This document shows, in pieces, positions 18,489 to 29,003 of a stretch of DNA of 64,000 nt; the first letter of the stretch is position 1, and each line of letters starts with the position of its first letter. Source of the stretch: an uncultured delta proteobacterium (GTDB lineage Bacteria > Desulfobacterota > Desulfomonilia > Desulfomonilales > Desulfomonilaceae). The stretch spans positions 32,001-96,000 of the forward strand of contig CAWBKB010000004.1 in the NCBI GenBank assembly GCA_963789265.1, in the 5' to 3' direction. Under the pieces are notes generated by a model. That model saw nothing but the letters and a program-made list of their open reading frames with translations. It ran no database searches and was not told the origin of the DNA. A program made the position numbers and the translations under genes.

Positions 18489-19202
18489 TCAAACTTCAAT
18501 CTGGATCAATCCGGCAAGCGCCCCTTTGTCGAGATGCAGAATCCTCTTGGATTTTTTGGCTGCACTGGGGTCGTGGGTAACCATAATAACGGTTTTGTGA
18601 AAAATGTCGTTAAAACGTCCTAAAAGATCAAGCACTTCCGATGCCGATTTCTTGTCCAGGTCTCCAGTAGGCTCGTCGGCCACAACAATGAGAGGATCGG
18701 TGACAAGCGCTCTGGCTATGGCCACTCTCTGTTGCTGACCGCCTGATAATTGCGGCGGGTAGTGATGCACTCTGTCGGCGAGTCCGACTGCATCCAACGC
18801 GGCCATCGCGTGGCTCTTGCGACTGCTGCGGCTTAAAGCGGTCAGCAGAAGCGGAAGCTGCACATTTTCAAATGCGGTAAGAACCGGGATCAAATTATAA
18901 AATTGAAATATAAATCCAATATGAGAGGCTCTCCAGGCGCTCAACTCCGATTCACCCAATTCCGATATGTCCACTCCCGCGACTTTAAGCATCCCCCGAT
19001 CGGGTCTGTCTATTCCCGCTATCAAGTTTAGAAGAGTTGTTTTCCCGGATCCTGAAGGGCCCATGAGTGCAAGGAATTCACCGTGCTCCACTCTCAGTGA
19101 AATGTTCCTCAGCACGGGAATCTCCTGATCCCCTCGAGTATAGGACTTGCTGAGCGCTTCAATAACGACCAATGGTCGTGATTCCGATTCTCGTCCGCTC
19201 AT
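18489..19202 (-). CDS. ABC exporter ATP-binding protein (LolD/MacB-like)
   Basis: GPSGSGKT, LSGGQQQR, ADEPTG, MVTHD. Confidence 0.95.
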   Translation of the reverse strand: MSGRESESRPLVVIEALSKSYTRGDQEIPVLRNISLRVEHGEFLALMGPSGSGKTTLLNLIAGIDRPDRGMLKVAGVDISELGESELSAWRASHIGFIFQFYNLIPVLTAFENVQLPLLLTALSRSSRKSHAMAALDAVGLADRVHHYPPQLSGGQQQRVAIARALVTDPLIVVADEPTGDLDKKSASEVLDLLGRFNDIFHKTVIMVTHDPSAAKKSKRILHLDKGALAGLIQIEV

Positions 19203-20422
19203 TCTTGTACTTTTACTCGTCTTCCGTCTCCCAAGCTCTCGCCCGGGCTAAGCGCAATCGTATCCCCTTCTTTTAGTCCTGCTAGGATTTCTAGGGTATT
19301 GTTCCAGCGTCTGCCCACCTTTACCGGCTGCAGGTGGGCTCTGGAACCATTAATGCGAAACACGACATCCTGATTGCCGACTTTCCTGAGAGCGCACGAT
19401 GGAATTCCTAAGAACGGCTTGTCTTCACCATTCTTCAACGGTCTAGACAAGAAGGCGACTTTGGCGCTCATTTCCGGGAGGACTCGCGGATCGAGTTCGT
19501 TGAACTTGACCTTGGTCAGAACCGTTGCCTTGGACCGATCCGCGGTGGGGACAATCATGTAGACAGTGCCAGGGAAGCGATCGTTAGGAAAAGCATCAAG
19601 ACTGATCTCAGTCGCTCCTCCAGCCTTAACTTTTTCCAGGCCGGACTCGGCCACGTCCACTTCCACCATAAGTGACTTCATATCAGCCATGGTCGCCACA
19701 GCGGCCTTGGCATTGATGGCTGCACCAAATGGGGCCACTACTTCGCCTTCATCCGCATTCTTGGTGAGAATCACTCCGTCGAAAGGAGCCCTAATCAGTG
19801 AGTATTCGAGATTCACCTCAGCCTCCTTCACCGCGGCTTTGGCACGCTCGATACCAAATCGGGCCGAAGCAATGGACGCTTTTGCCTTTTTGTACCTGGC
19901 TTCCGCGGTGTCAAAGGCCTGGGCCGAAACTGATGCCGATTCCCGGAGAGCCTTTTGACGGTCGTAGTTGAGCGTCGCGTCCTCTAGCTCTGCCTCTGCA
20001 TTTTCAAGGGCCGCCTGTGCCACTTTGACACTTGCCCGCGACTCCGCAAGTGTCGCCTTGAGATCCTGATTTTCCAGAGTAGCCAATATTTCTCCTTGTT
20101 TGACTACCTTACCTTCTTCCACGTAGAGATGCTCCAACCTTCCCGTGGCTTTTGACGAAACAGCGGCTTTACGTTGAGCCACAACATAGCCGCTGGCGTT
20201 CAGAGTCGTGAGCGCGCGCGAGGGAAAGATCCGGGTTACTTTTGCCGTTTGCACCTCGACCGGTGGAGTGAGCCGGTCGGACCACGCGAGATAAGCAAAA
20301 ATGAGAACCATCAGAGCGACCGGAATGACCCACCATGTGGGCAGCCGCGATTTTCTCTTCTTCGACGACCACCTTTCGTCCGGCGCAATTCTGAGCTTTG
20401 AGAGATCCTGTTCTTCCATCAT
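19199..20422 (-). CDS. Efflux membrane-fusion/periplasmic adaptor protein
   Basis: N-terminal TM, LNASGYVVAQRKAAVSSK, coiled coil, IRAPFDG. Confidence 0.92.
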   Translation of the reverse strand: MMEEQDLSKLRIAPDERWSSKKRKSRLPTWWVIPVALMVLIFAYLAWSDRLTPPVEVQTAKVTRIFPSRALTTLNASGYVVAQRKAAVSSKATGRLEHLYVEEGKVVKQGEILATLENQDLKATLAESRASVKVAQAALENAEAELEDATLNYDRQKALRESASVSAQAFDTAEARYKKAKASIASARFGIERAKAAVKEAEVNLEYSLIRAPFDGVILTKNADEGEVVAPFGAAINAKAAVATMADMKSLMVEVDVAESGLEKVKAGGATEISLDAFPNDRFPGTVYMIVPTADRSKATVLTKVKFNELDPRVLPEMSAKVAFLSRPLKNGEDKPFLGIPSCALRKVGNQDVVFRINGSRAHLQPVKVGRRWNNTLEILAGLKEGDTIALSPGESLGDGRRVKVQE

Positions 20423-20635
20423 ATTCGGTGTGGCGCGGTTCAAAGAGACTCCCTCATTGCAATTGGGGTATGCAGGTTTCGGTTCTTGATGTTATATACT
20501 GTTCCCGACGAAAAATCGACGTCCCAAGAGATAATCCATAGACACGTTAAGACCGGACTTTGAGAATCAGGGAATCTGAAGGATGCGTATTACTGCTTGT
20601 GGCTTATATGCTTCCGTACATAAGGCGAAGCATAC

Positions 20636-21412
20636 TTGGTCGGATGGGTGTTGATAGCAAGGAGGTTAAAGTTGCAAGGCTCATTTCTACTATGGCCAAG
20701 AATAATCTGGACTGGTTTTGTTATCGTGGTCATAACCGTGATCATTGCACCTCCTCTGGTTCTCGTAAGTCTGTTTGACAAATCGGGAACCTCCGCGTAT
20801 CGGATGATGCGTCTTTGGGCCCATTTGCTGTCTCGGTCCATGGGGCTGACTGTCTCCATTTCCGGGGCCGACAAGATCGTGCCGGGCTCCTCATACATAA
20901 TAACCCCCAATCATCAGGGATACGCGGACGTCTTGGCTCTGGTTGGAATGCTTCCGATACGCTTTCGGTGGGTGGTAAAACGAGAGCTGCTGAAGGTTCC
21001 GTTTTTCGGCTGGGCACTGGGTGCAACTGGCGCCATTTCCCTGAACCGGTCGGACAGGAGGCAGGCTGTGAAAAGCCTTAGGGACGGCATGTCAAGTCTA
21101 CCCGATGGCTGGTCCGTCCTCATTTATCCGGAAGGGACCAGGACCTCGGACGGGAATCTCCAGCCTTTCAAGAAAGGCGCATTCATGATAGCAGTCCAAA
21201 GCGGAATGGCTATTCTACCCGTGACATCTAACGGTGCCTTCAAGATTTTGCCAAGAAAGACAATATCATTTCGTCCGGGGCACATAACGCTAACTGTGGG
21301 AGATCCCATTGCGACCGAAGGCCTGACTGAAGAGAACGTGCCGGAATTGATGGAAAAGACGCGAACAGCGATGGGCGAGAATCTCGATCCGAATTACGAT
21401 CCGTTTGGCTAG
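20636..21412 (+). CDS. plsC: 1-acyl-sn-glycerol-3-phosphate acyltransferase
   Basis: NHQGYAD and YPEGTRT motifs. Confidence 0.9.
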   Translation: MVGWVLIARRLKLQGSFLLWPRIIWTGFVIVVITVIIAPPLVLVSLFDKSGTSAYRMMRLWAHLLSRSMGLTVSISGADKIVPGSSYIITPNHQGYADVLALVGMLPIRFRWVVKRELLKVPFFGWALGATGAISLNRSDRRQAVKSLRDGMSSLPDGWSVLIYPEGTRTSDGNLQPFKKGAFMIAVQSGMAILPVTSNGAFKILPRKTISFRPGHITLTVGDPIATEGLTEENVPELMEKTRTAMGENLDPNYDPFG

Positions 21413-21503
21413 AAAACGAAGCAGCATCCCGTCTTTTGGCTTGAGGAGGCAGATCGGTCGGCCCCTGCGCTGATGTGGAGCGCACGCGGCGGATGCGTTA
21501 TCA

Positions 21504-21692
21504 TACCAATGCCCCATCTAACAAGTGACAATCCCGGCGAGGATATGGTGGGGCTGGCATCCTGCCTGCCATTCGTCACCCCGGACTCCGATCCGGGGTC
21601 CAGTCGTCATGCCCGCGTACGCGGGCATGACGACAGTCAAGATGCCTGTCCCACTAAAAACACGGTGTCACTTATTTGAAGGCGAATCGGCG
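21504..21692. repeat. MITE-like repeat with nested palindromes, copy 1
   Basis: Imperfect TIR taccaatgccccatctaacaagtgaca / tgtcacttatttgaaggcgaatcggcg; core nearly identical to the inverted copy at 57845-58033. Confidence 0.85.
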
Positions 21693-21920
21693 TCAGGCGG
21701 TCCTGCCAGTTATCAAATCTCTATCAAGTTCCAGCGTGTAGGACAAAATTGTCTTTAAGTCGATTTTTTTGGAAGCGTTCAAGATTTCTATCCCTACTAT
21801 TCTGTCATGAGCGGTCGTATCCAGATTGACGCCTTCGGCAATTTCTATGACCCCTTCCGGGGGCTCGTCTCCCAGCTTCAAATACAAGGCATCCACTTCA
21901 TTATCGTAATGCACCCTCAT
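21693..21920 (-). CDS. DUF2283-family protein (putative antitoxin)
   Basis: MRVHYDNEVDALYLKL...IVGIEILNASK. Confidence 0.9.
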   Translation of the reverse strand: MRVHYDNEVDALYLKLGDEPPEGVIEIAEGVNLDTTAHDRIVGIEILNASKKIDLKTILSYTLELDRDLITGRTA

Positions 21921-21955
21921 GGTCTTCGTCCTTTCTTCAGAGGATAGCAGGAGAG

Positions 21956-22224
21956 TTACGATGCCTTCCTTGTAGATCGAGTCCGATCGCCAATTCCCAG
22001 CAGGAGCGACTTGACTGAAATGTCCTCGTCCAGTTCTTCCCAATGAAGTCCGGTGCCCCGCCACTGATAATGCAATTAATCCTTTGAGCCTCGGTTGCAT
22101 CAAGAAGCCGGGGGAAGTACGCCAGGGGGACACCAAGTTGACGACCGTCAGTAAGTTCTATCCACATATTGTCCGCGTCAAACGATACTTTCTTGGCACG
22201 TGGCTCAAGTGCTAAAGTGTTCAT
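21956..22224 (-). pseudogene. DUF2442-family protein with a frameshift in a G-run near 22058
   Basis: LTDGRQLGVPLAYFPRLL; continues as TGLHWEELDEDISVKSLL in another frame. Confidence 0.85.
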
Positions 22225-22387
22225 TCCAATACCTTTCAATGAGTTCCTTATTCTTTTCGGCAACTTGCATAAGTTCGCGGAGTTCCCAAGAATTCATACC
22301 GTAAGATTCTGCCAGACTGACCCGTGGTGCAAGCCAGAACTTGTCCGTAGATTCGCCCCGGCGCACATGAATGTGCAATGGTTCAAG
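22205..22387 (-). pseudogene. 5'-truncated DUF4160-family protein
   Basis: EPLHIHVRRGESTDKFWL...IERYWNEHF with no N-terminus or start codon; overlaps the DUF2442 start as in intact pairs. Confidence 0.8.
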
Positions 22388-22397
22388 TCGTTAGTTC

Positions 22398-22688
22398 TTA
22401 AAGTCGATCCCTAAAGTACCGAGGGTCTCGATGCAAGTGCATCACAGCAAGAATCAAGATGACATCTTCATCTTGCGAATAGACAACGCCATAGGGAAAG
22501 CGGCGGATCTGACATCGTCGTATGGCATCTTCAAGAATCGGCCAGGCATTTGGGAAACTGATTACATTCTCAATTGTTCGATGGACTTCAAGGGCAAAAT
22601 CGGACCCAAGACCTGGCTCACGATCTTCATAGTATTTTATGGCAGCAAAGAATTCTGCCTTGGCTTCAGGGTGAAAAGCATACTTCAC
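22398..22688 (-). CDS. RelE/ParE-family toxin
   Basis: FHPEAKAEF...GLGSDF...RRFPYGVVY...LAVMHLHRDP. Confidence 0.92.
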   Translation of the reverse strand: MKYAFHPEAKAEFFAAIKYYEDREPGLGSDFALEVHRTIENVISFPNAWPILEDAIRRCQIRRFPYGVVYSQDEDVILILAVMHLHRDPRYFRDRL

Positions 22689-22909
22689 CTGGCAAACCGC
22701 TCAAGGACTTCAGAGAATACCTCATCGCCGGGAATTGGTTTCACTTTTCCGGAACGAAGCTCCTGAAGGCGTCTCTTTGCCACTTCCGCCCATTTTGCAT
22801 CAATGGTCGTGTCCGGCGCATTGAGGCTACGCAAGAGTGAATCAGCTATAAGCGCCCTTTCCTCAACAGGAAGAGAAAGGGCCTGTTCAATAAGCTCTCT
22901 GGTCGTCAT
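22685..22909 (-). CDS. Addiction-module antitoxin component
   Basis: ALSLPVEERALIADSLLRSL...WAEVAKRR...GKVKPIPG; overlaps the toxin start. Confidence 0.92.
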   Translation of the reverse strand: MTTRELIEQALSLPVEERALIADSLLRSLNAPDTTIDAKWAEVAKRRLQELRSGKVKPIPGDEVFSEVLERFAR

Positions 22910-22974
22910 TATGACGTCACCCCACAATGTCCGGATCTCCGAGGCTGCATGGCTGTATCGGCTCGAGTCGCGGT

Positions 22975-23196
22975 TCAGTCCTCCGGGGTTATGTCCTCCA
23001 GCGGTTCCCGGCCGTGTTTCCTGACAAAACTTTCGACCGCCTTTTGGTATGCAGATTTAGGAGACGCGGAATTCTTTTCCGATGCCAGTTCGTCTTCCAG
23101 GGCAAGCTTCGCTTTGGCCAGGCGAAGCGCATCTCCGTCTCTTGCCGTCTGATCGACCCATTCCAGGGCATTCAGAACTTCGGATTTGTTCATCAC
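22975..23196 (-). CDS. Hypothetical protein (73 aa)
   Basis: ggagg RBS; helical charged sequence. Confidence 0.55.
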   Translation of the reverse strand: MMNKSEVLNALEWVDQTARDGDALRLAKAKLALEDELASEKNSASPKSAYQKAVESFVRKHGREPLEDITPED

Positions 23197-23300
23197 GAGG
23201 CCTCCGTTTTGAAGTTTTCAGCACTTTTCCTAAGATAGTTTAGACACTGGACGGCATCAAGTCCATGATTATTTCGAGAAGCCCTCGGAGGCTTGGTCGC

Positions 23301-25820
23301 CTACTCTTCGTTCAGAGCCCCGAGCCCTGAACCGCCGGCCAATTTGTACGTAGGATACAAAGATGATACAACGCTCGCCACAGCGGTGAGGACAGCGGTC
23401 TTGACAAAAACCCACGGGTTAATGAAAACATCCACAGACCAACCGAAAGACCGATAGTTGATAGCGTAGATCAGTATATACGTAAGGATTAGCCCGCAGA
23501 CGACTGAAATACAAAACGCGGCCAATCCCATTATCCAGGCTTGATGCAAATTCATTTTGCCCAGCTCTTTTGGCGTGAGGCCCAGATATCCCAGGACGGT
23601 CATCTCTCTGGCCCTTTCCATGAGAATCACCACCAGTGCCGTGGCCACTCCAAGCAGTGCCACGAGGAGAGAAACCCCCTTCAATGTGGCGGTGGTGGCA
23701 AATGTCTTGTCAAATATGTTTAGAATGTTTTCCTTCATTTTCTTGTTGGAAACGATGGTGCGATCCAGACCAGGAAACTGCGCCACTATCGAACGACGGA
23801 CCGAATTCGCTGGAATGCCCGGCTTAAGAAAAAGGGCCACGGACTGAACGCGGCGATCTTTCCAAATGCGTTCGTACACGCGACGGTCTATGTGCATGGT
23901 ACCCTGGTCTGACGAATAGTCTCTAACAATTGACACGATCGGAAACCTCGATTTGCCCTCGGGCGTGGTTAATTGAATGCTCTGCCCCACATTCAATCCA
24001 AAACGGTAACTCAAAGATTCCGAGATAAAAACTCCGCCGGCCTTTAGGGCATCCCAGGCTCCTTTCCCGCCTCTCAGGAAATGGAAACGGGAATGGTGCT
24101 CCAGAACCGAGCCGTCCACCACCCTCAGCTTCACTGGCTTCCCACGCAGGTAGATATCGTATGTGGAATAACGCTCCACAGCTTGCACGCGTGGGTCTGC
24201 AATCAATGCTCGGATCAAGGCTTCAGGCAGCGGATGATCCCATTTCGTCGTGGCCGGCGAGATGTACAGATCTCCCTCGAGTGACCCGTCCAACCACTGA
24301 CTCACCGAATTTCTGAAGCTTGAGATCATCATGTCCACACCTATTGTCATTGAAAGCGCCACGGCAAGCGCGGCCACAGCGATGCTGGTGCGGCTCAACG
24401 ATGCTCGGATAGTACGCGTGGCCAGGAAGCCCCCGAGTGACCCGAACAGCCGCTTCAATACCATTCCGCCGTAGTGAGTGAAAACGGATAGAATCGACGG
24501 TGTGAACAGCGCAAAAGCCAAAGTCATACCAAAGGCGGAAGCGAACCCCCAGAAAATCGAAAAACGGGAAGCCCAAGCCGCTGCAATGGATATTGCGAAA
24601 CAGGCAAAGCCGGCAACAAGCAGCAGGCCCTTGAGGTTATGTGCGCGATCTTCAATGGATTGCCGTTTCATCCCGAGGATAGGAGGAGTCAGCGCAATTT
24701 CCAGCGCCGGCAAGCCGGTCCCCAAAAAAGTAGCCAATAAGCCTACTCCTAATCCGCTCAATGCAACCGGCACTGTTAGATGGACAGCTTCCACCTTCAA
24801 ATAGAAATAGAGGTCGCTGATGGTGGACGAGACCTTGTCGATGCTTAACCAAGCAACCAAGTAACCGAATATAATACCTATTAAGCTCCCGGCAATCCCG
24901 AATAGTAGAGATTCCGAAAGGAACGCGGCTACCAGCCCGTTACGGTCCGAGCCGAGAGTCAACAATAAGGACATGTCCTCCCGCCGAGATAAAACGGAAA
25001 ACATCGAGAAATTGTAAATGAGAAAAACTCCTACGAAGAGGGCCAATAGGCTCATAGCGGCCAGGTTCAATTGGAAAGAATAAAGCATGGCCTTCAGGGT
25101 GGACTTTCGCGAATTAGCGTCGGTCAACCTGAGTGTTTTCGGCAAACTCCGGACGAGATCGTGAACATTCGCCTGTGAAATGATTTCAATGCGATCCAGA
25201 TAGCCTTGTCGGCCAAAGACCTCCTGTGCCGAAGAAATGTCCATCGCCGCTATGTTCTCATCAAGCCCCTTTTCCGCACGAACGGGAATTTTTCCCAGTA
25301 TGGCTACCTTTTTCTCGATGCCCGCAGTGAGAACGGTTATGGTGTCAGCTACCCTGAGCCCATGCTTCAGCATCAAATTTTGTGATAGATATACGGTTGG
25401 CAATTCACCCGCCACAAACTTGGCTATCTGGGCCATGTTCCAGTGACCCGGTGTCAACTTTCTGAACTCTGCGTCCAGAAACGGGTCTATCCCCACAAAC
25501 CGAATAGGCTCATCTCCTGTTTCCAGCGTGACCGCCATCACCTCGATCACAGGAGCCGCGGATCGAATCAAGTGGTTCTTCCAGACCGAGGCAAAAAGGT
25601 TCTCGTCGATATGTCCGTACTTGGAAACAAGCGAATAAGTGGCCTTCCCTGAAAGTACGTCCACCGATCGTGCGAAAGATGCCAGCGCAGAATCATTGAT
25701 CAGTTCCACGGCCACTACGATCCCGACCCCAAGTGCTATTCCCAGGAGGCAGAGGAGTGACAGCAGGGAATGACGGCGATAATATCGGAGATTGAATTTA
25801 AACAGGGTGGTAATATTCAT
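23301..25820 (-). CDS. FtsX/MacB-like ABC permease with duplicated domains
   Basis: GIALGVGIVVAV, two periplasmic plus TM repeats. Confidence 0.92.
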   Translation of the reverse strand: MNITTLFKFNLRYYRRHSLLSLLCLLGIALGVGIVVAVELINDSALASFARSVDVLSGKATYSLVSKYGHIDENLFASVWKNHLIRSAAPVIEVMAVTLETGDEPIRFVGIDPFLDAEFRKLTPGHWNMAQIAKFVAGELPTVYLSQNLMLKHGLRVADTITVLTAGIEKKVAILGKIPVRAEKGLDENIAAMDISSAQEVFGRQGYLDRIEIISQANVHDLVRSLPKTLRLTDANSRKSTLKAMLYSFQLNLAAMSLLALFVGVFLIYNFSMFSVLSRREDMSLLLTLGSDRNGLVAAFLSESLLFGIAGSLIGIIFGYLVAWLSIDKVSSTISDLYFYLKVEAVHLTVPVALSGLGVGLLATFLGTGLPALEIALTPPILGMKRQSIEDRAHNLKGLLLVAGFACFAISIAAAWASRFSIFWGFASAFGMTLAFALFTPSILSVFTHYGGMVLKRLFGSLGGFLATRTIRASLSRTSIAVAALAVALSMTIGVDMMISSFRNSVSQWLDGSLEGDLYISPATTKWDHPLPEALIRALIADPRVQAVERYSTYDIYLRGKPVKLRVVDGSVLEHHSRFHFLRGGKGAWDALKAGGVFISESLSYRFGLNVGQSIQLTTPEGKSRFPIVSIVRDYSSDQGTMHIDRRVYERIWKDRRVQSVALFLKPGIPANSVRRSIVAQFPGLDRTIVSNKKMKENILNIFDKTFATTATLKGVSLLVALLGVATALVVILMERAREMTVLGYLGLTPKELGKMNLHQAWIMGLAAFCISVVCGLILTYILIYAINYRSFGWSVDVFINPWVFVKTAVLTAVASVVSSLYPTYKLAGGSGLGALNEE

Positions 25821-25831
25821 CTGAGGGGGGA

Positions 25832-26533
25832 TCAAGTTTTTGAAGCATTAGTTGTAAGGCCGGCTTCTTCCACCAGTTTTCCCGATCTCATCCGGAATTT
25901 CCTATCCGCCAACCAGAGCGCTTCGGAACTATGCGTGACCATTATCAGCGTGGCATTTCTTCTGCGGCAAATTTCGTCGATAAGCTCCAGGATGCAGTTG
26001 CCGGTTTCAAGATCCAAGTTGCCCGTAGGCTCGTCCGCTAAGATCAGACGAGGCTCTTTGACAAGGGCTCTGGCAATAGCGACTCGTTGCTGCTCCCCTC
26101 CGGAGAGTTGCTCGGGGAATTTCTTCCATTGTCCTTCGAGTCCGACTGCATCGAGGATCTCTCTGGCCCTGCTTTCCTCGGAAATGCCGAGCAGATCCAG
26201 GGGGAGCATAAGGTTCTCTCCTACAGTCAGTGTTGAAAAGAGGTTGAAAGATTGAAAAATGAAGCCCACTTCCTGTCTGCGATATTGTGCCAATTTTCCG
26301 GCAGACAGAGACGTAAGATCAACCTCTCCAAATAGGACCCGGCCGCTGGTGGGAACGTCCACTCCGCCGATCAGATTTAGGAAGGTGCTCTTTCCCGACC
26401 CACTTCTCCCAAGCACGACAATTCGCTCGCCCTGGCAAATTTCCAGGTCCACTTCCCTGAGCGGGAAAATTTTCGCCGACCAACCACTCTGATAATATTT
26501 GCTAACGTTCTCGAAGCGAATTAAAGATGCCAT
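25832..26533 (-). CDS. ABC transporter ATP-binding protein
   Basis: GRSGSGKS, LSGGEQQR, ADEPTGNLD. Confidence 0.95.
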   Translation of the reverse strand: MASLIRFENVSKYYQSGWSAKIFPLREVDLEICQGERIVVLGRSGSGKSTFLNLIGGVDVPTSGRVLFGEVDLTSLSAGKLAQYRRQEVGFIFQSFNLFSTLTVGENLMLPLDLLGISEESRAREILDAVGLEGQWKKFPEQLSGGEQQRVAIARALVKEPRLILADEPTGNLDLETGNCILELIDEICRRRNATLIMVTHSSEALWLADRKFRMRSGKLVEEAGLTTNASKT

Positions 26534-26656
26534 TCCAACGTTTCCAGGGGCTTTGGGTGGATATTGGCGACAGACGTATGTGGCAGGATAGAAAACAGCC
26601 TCAGGGACCTATTCAAACTAAGAATTCCGCAAACGGGCCCCATGACCTGCGAAGCT

Positions 26657-27469
26657 CTATCGAACACTCTTCTTTTTAGGATCTATTTTCCCGGAAACAG
26701 GTTCTCCATAAATTCGCTTAAGGCGTTTCTGGAAGTACACGCTGCGTTTCTTCCTGAACACCATATAGTCATTCTTGTCCGGAAGGCTGGCGTCGTTGAA
26801 CCTCATCCACAAGCGCGTCAAGTTTACCTGTTCAAGGACCCAACCAAGGCTGATGCAAACAAGCTCTCCTTCCGACAACTTACCCATCTCATTATCCAAG
26901 CCCTCCGGGGTCGGCTCGACTTGCCTGTAAATTGCATCCCTGAACCTCCAATCGGGAATCAGCTCCATCGGATGCTTTTGCTTTTTGTCCGCGAGTTCCT
27001 TTGCAGCCACGATGACTCTGTAGAAATCACGCTTCATCAGTGGGATGCCGTAAGAGATTATCTTATTCGCAGTGGGGCGGAGCCCGAGTATTTTTTTCTT
27101 CTCGGATGAAGAAAACAGCATTGTATAAGGAAAAGAATTTATGTTTTTCTGCGCGGCCTGAAGTTTGTGGACCTGATCTTCCAGGAAAAGCAAGTTCTTC
27201 AGAGGGCCCCTTTCAGCTTGCTTGATAAAGAATATCAGGGTCGGATGGCTGCTCAAGATGGGTTTTGTCACGTACCCGTTGACTTCTCGCAATTCATACT
27301 TGAGGAATCCCTCGATAATAACTCTGTTGTTCTCTTGAACAATCGCGCGCGCTATTTCAGCGTCTGAAAGCTGTTTTGCATCACAGGACATAGGAAGCAT
27401 GACGACAAATGAGCACACCACCGCTGTTGTGACCCAACATTGTTTTATGATGTACGAGTCGAAGGCCAT
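26657..27469 (-). CDS. Hypothetical exported protein
   Basis: Long ORF with signal-like N-terminus; aagga RBS. Confidence 0.7.
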   Translation of the reverse strand: MAFDSYIIKQCWVTTAVVCSFVVMLPMSCDAKQLSDAEIARAIVQENNRVIIEGFLKYELREVNGYVTKPILSSHPTLIFFIKQAERGPLKNLLFLEDQVHKLQAAQKNINSFPYTMLFSSSEKKKILGLRPTANKIISYGIPLMKRDFYRVIVAAKELADKKQKHPMELIPDWRFRDAIYRQVEPTPEGLDNEMGKLSEGELVCISLGWVLEQVNLTRLWMRFNDASLPDKNDYMVFRKKRSVYFQKRLKRIYGEPVSGKIDPKKKSVR

Positions 27470-27569
27470 CAGACAGTTCCTTTCGTAAAGTGCGCCGCGT
27501 AAGGAATTGGATTTGTGTCTAGAGCCGACGGCATCACCGCGCGATCCCAATTGGGTTCGCTATTCCCGT

Positions 27570-28223
27570 TCAGACGATCTTGCTTTCGAGCCAGCCCGTA
27601 AATTCGCCGATCCCCTCGCCTGTCTTTGCGGATAGGGGAAAGATTTGGATCGCGGGATTCATTGCCAAAACTGTCTTGCGTAATTCCTCCATGTTGAAAT
27701 CGGTGTGGGGCAATAAGTCTATTTTGTTTAGAATCAGAGCATTGGACTCCGTGAACATCAGGGGATACTTCAGCGGCTTGTCATGTCCTTCCGGAATGGA
27801 GAGGATCATAACCTTGACATTTTCCCCGAGTTGGAACTCCGCCGGGCAAACCAAGTTACCGACATTCTCTATGATAAGCAATTGCTTGCCGTCCAGTCCA
27901 AGGCTCTCCGCAGCGGAGAGAATCATATTCGCGTCAAGGTGACAGGCGCCTCTAGTGTTAATCTGTACCACGTCCACGTTGGTCTTCTGGATCTTCCGTG
28001 CATCAACATCCGATGCTATATCGCCTTCGATTACGCCGATCCGGTGTTTGCCCGACAGCGCCTCGATAATTCTAAGAATTACAGAGGTCTTGCCGGCGCC
28101 GGGGGACGACATGAGGTTCATGACGAAAACCCGTGCGGCCTCGAAGCGGCCCCGAAGGTTCTCGGCAAGCACGTCGTTTGCATTCAGGATGTCTTCATTA
28201 ACGTTAAGTGTTTTCAGTGCCAT
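27570..28223 (-). CDS. hypB: Hydrogenase nickel incorporation GTPase HypB
   Basis: SSPGAGKT, GACHLDA, ENVGNLVCPA, DKPLKYP, NKID. Confidence 0.97.
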   Translation of the reverse strand: MALKTLNVNEDILNANDVLAENLRGRFEAARVFVMNLMSSPGAGKTSVILRIIEALSGKHRIGVIEGDIASDVDARKIQKTNVDVVQINTRGACHLDANMILSAAESLGLDGKQLLIIENVGNLVCPAEFQLGENVKVMILSIPEGHDKPLKYPLMFTESNALILNKIDLLPHTDFNMEELRKTVLAMNPAIQIFPLSAKTGEGIGEFTGWLESKIV

Positions 28224-28549
28224 TATTGTCTCCCTTTGGAATTGCAACTTCGTTTCTTGATTCGAGCGATCTCACGGACCGCTGCCAGCGTGTCCTTGTG
28301 CCTTACATATTCGAGGTATGCGCATTCTTCCGGCAACCAATGCAACTTCCTCACCAGATGCTCGGTAAGGGTGATGCAGTCCGGCTCCACCTCGCCGCGT
28401 TTGTCGTAAACCTTGCACAAGTTGGTTTCAGTGTCCAGATGGGCACAAGGTTCGTTTGTATAATGAATCATCCCGCCGCCTAGATCCACTTTCTCGTAGC
28501 AGCATCTCCCGCATCTTTTGCAAATAGCTTCCCACTGGTCTCGGTTCAT
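28223..28549 (-). CDS. YkgJ/YcgN-like CxxCxxCC cysteine-cluster protein
   Basis: WEAICKRCGRCC, CKVY..R, WLPEECAY. Confidence 0.88.
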   Translation of the reverse strand: MNRDQWEAICKRCGRCCYEKVDLGGGMIHYTNEPCAHLDTETNLCKVYDKRGEVEPDCITLTEHLVRKLHWLPEECAYLEYVRHKDTLAAVREIARIKKRSCNSKGRQ

Positions 28550-28682
28550 TCCTCCAATTCCTTGTAATCGTCCCGTACTCCAGCCTCATCAATTAGCACA
28601 AAATGAGGCCGAGAAAAAGGTAGCTACCATTCGAGCACCGCGTGACGCACGAGATGTATTGTTTATTCATTTTCCAAACTCA

Positions 28683-29003
28683 TCAACAATGCTCTTGATC
28701 TGCCTTCAAAGGCGGGAGGTCTCGTTCGACAATATCCCAAATACGTTCCAGCTCAATTCCCAGATAATCGTGGACGACAACATTACGGAAGGCACTGATC
28801 TCCCACCACGGCACTTCAGGATACTTGAGCTTCGTCTCGGTTGAAATTCTTTGGATTGATTCGGAAAGCATGTGGAGATTCCGCAAGACGGCATCCTGCG
28901 TTTTGCGATCAGCCAAGAATGGATCCTTGCCGTCACTGGTGAACTGCAAGATGTGACCGATGCTGTCCAGGATATGTACGAGATAAAGCCGATCATCTTT
29001 CAT
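28683..29003 (-). CDS. HEPN toxin (DUF86/HepT) of an MNT-HEPN TA pair
   Basis: KTQDAVLRNL, RNVVVHDY (RxxxxHxY); the extreme C-terminus may be frameshifted. Confidence 0.92.
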   Translation of the reverse strand: MKDDRLYLVHILDSIGHILQFTSDGKDPFLADRKTQDAVLRNLHMLSESIQRISTETKLKYPEVPWWEISAFRNVVVHDYLGIELERIWDIVERDLPPLKADQEHC

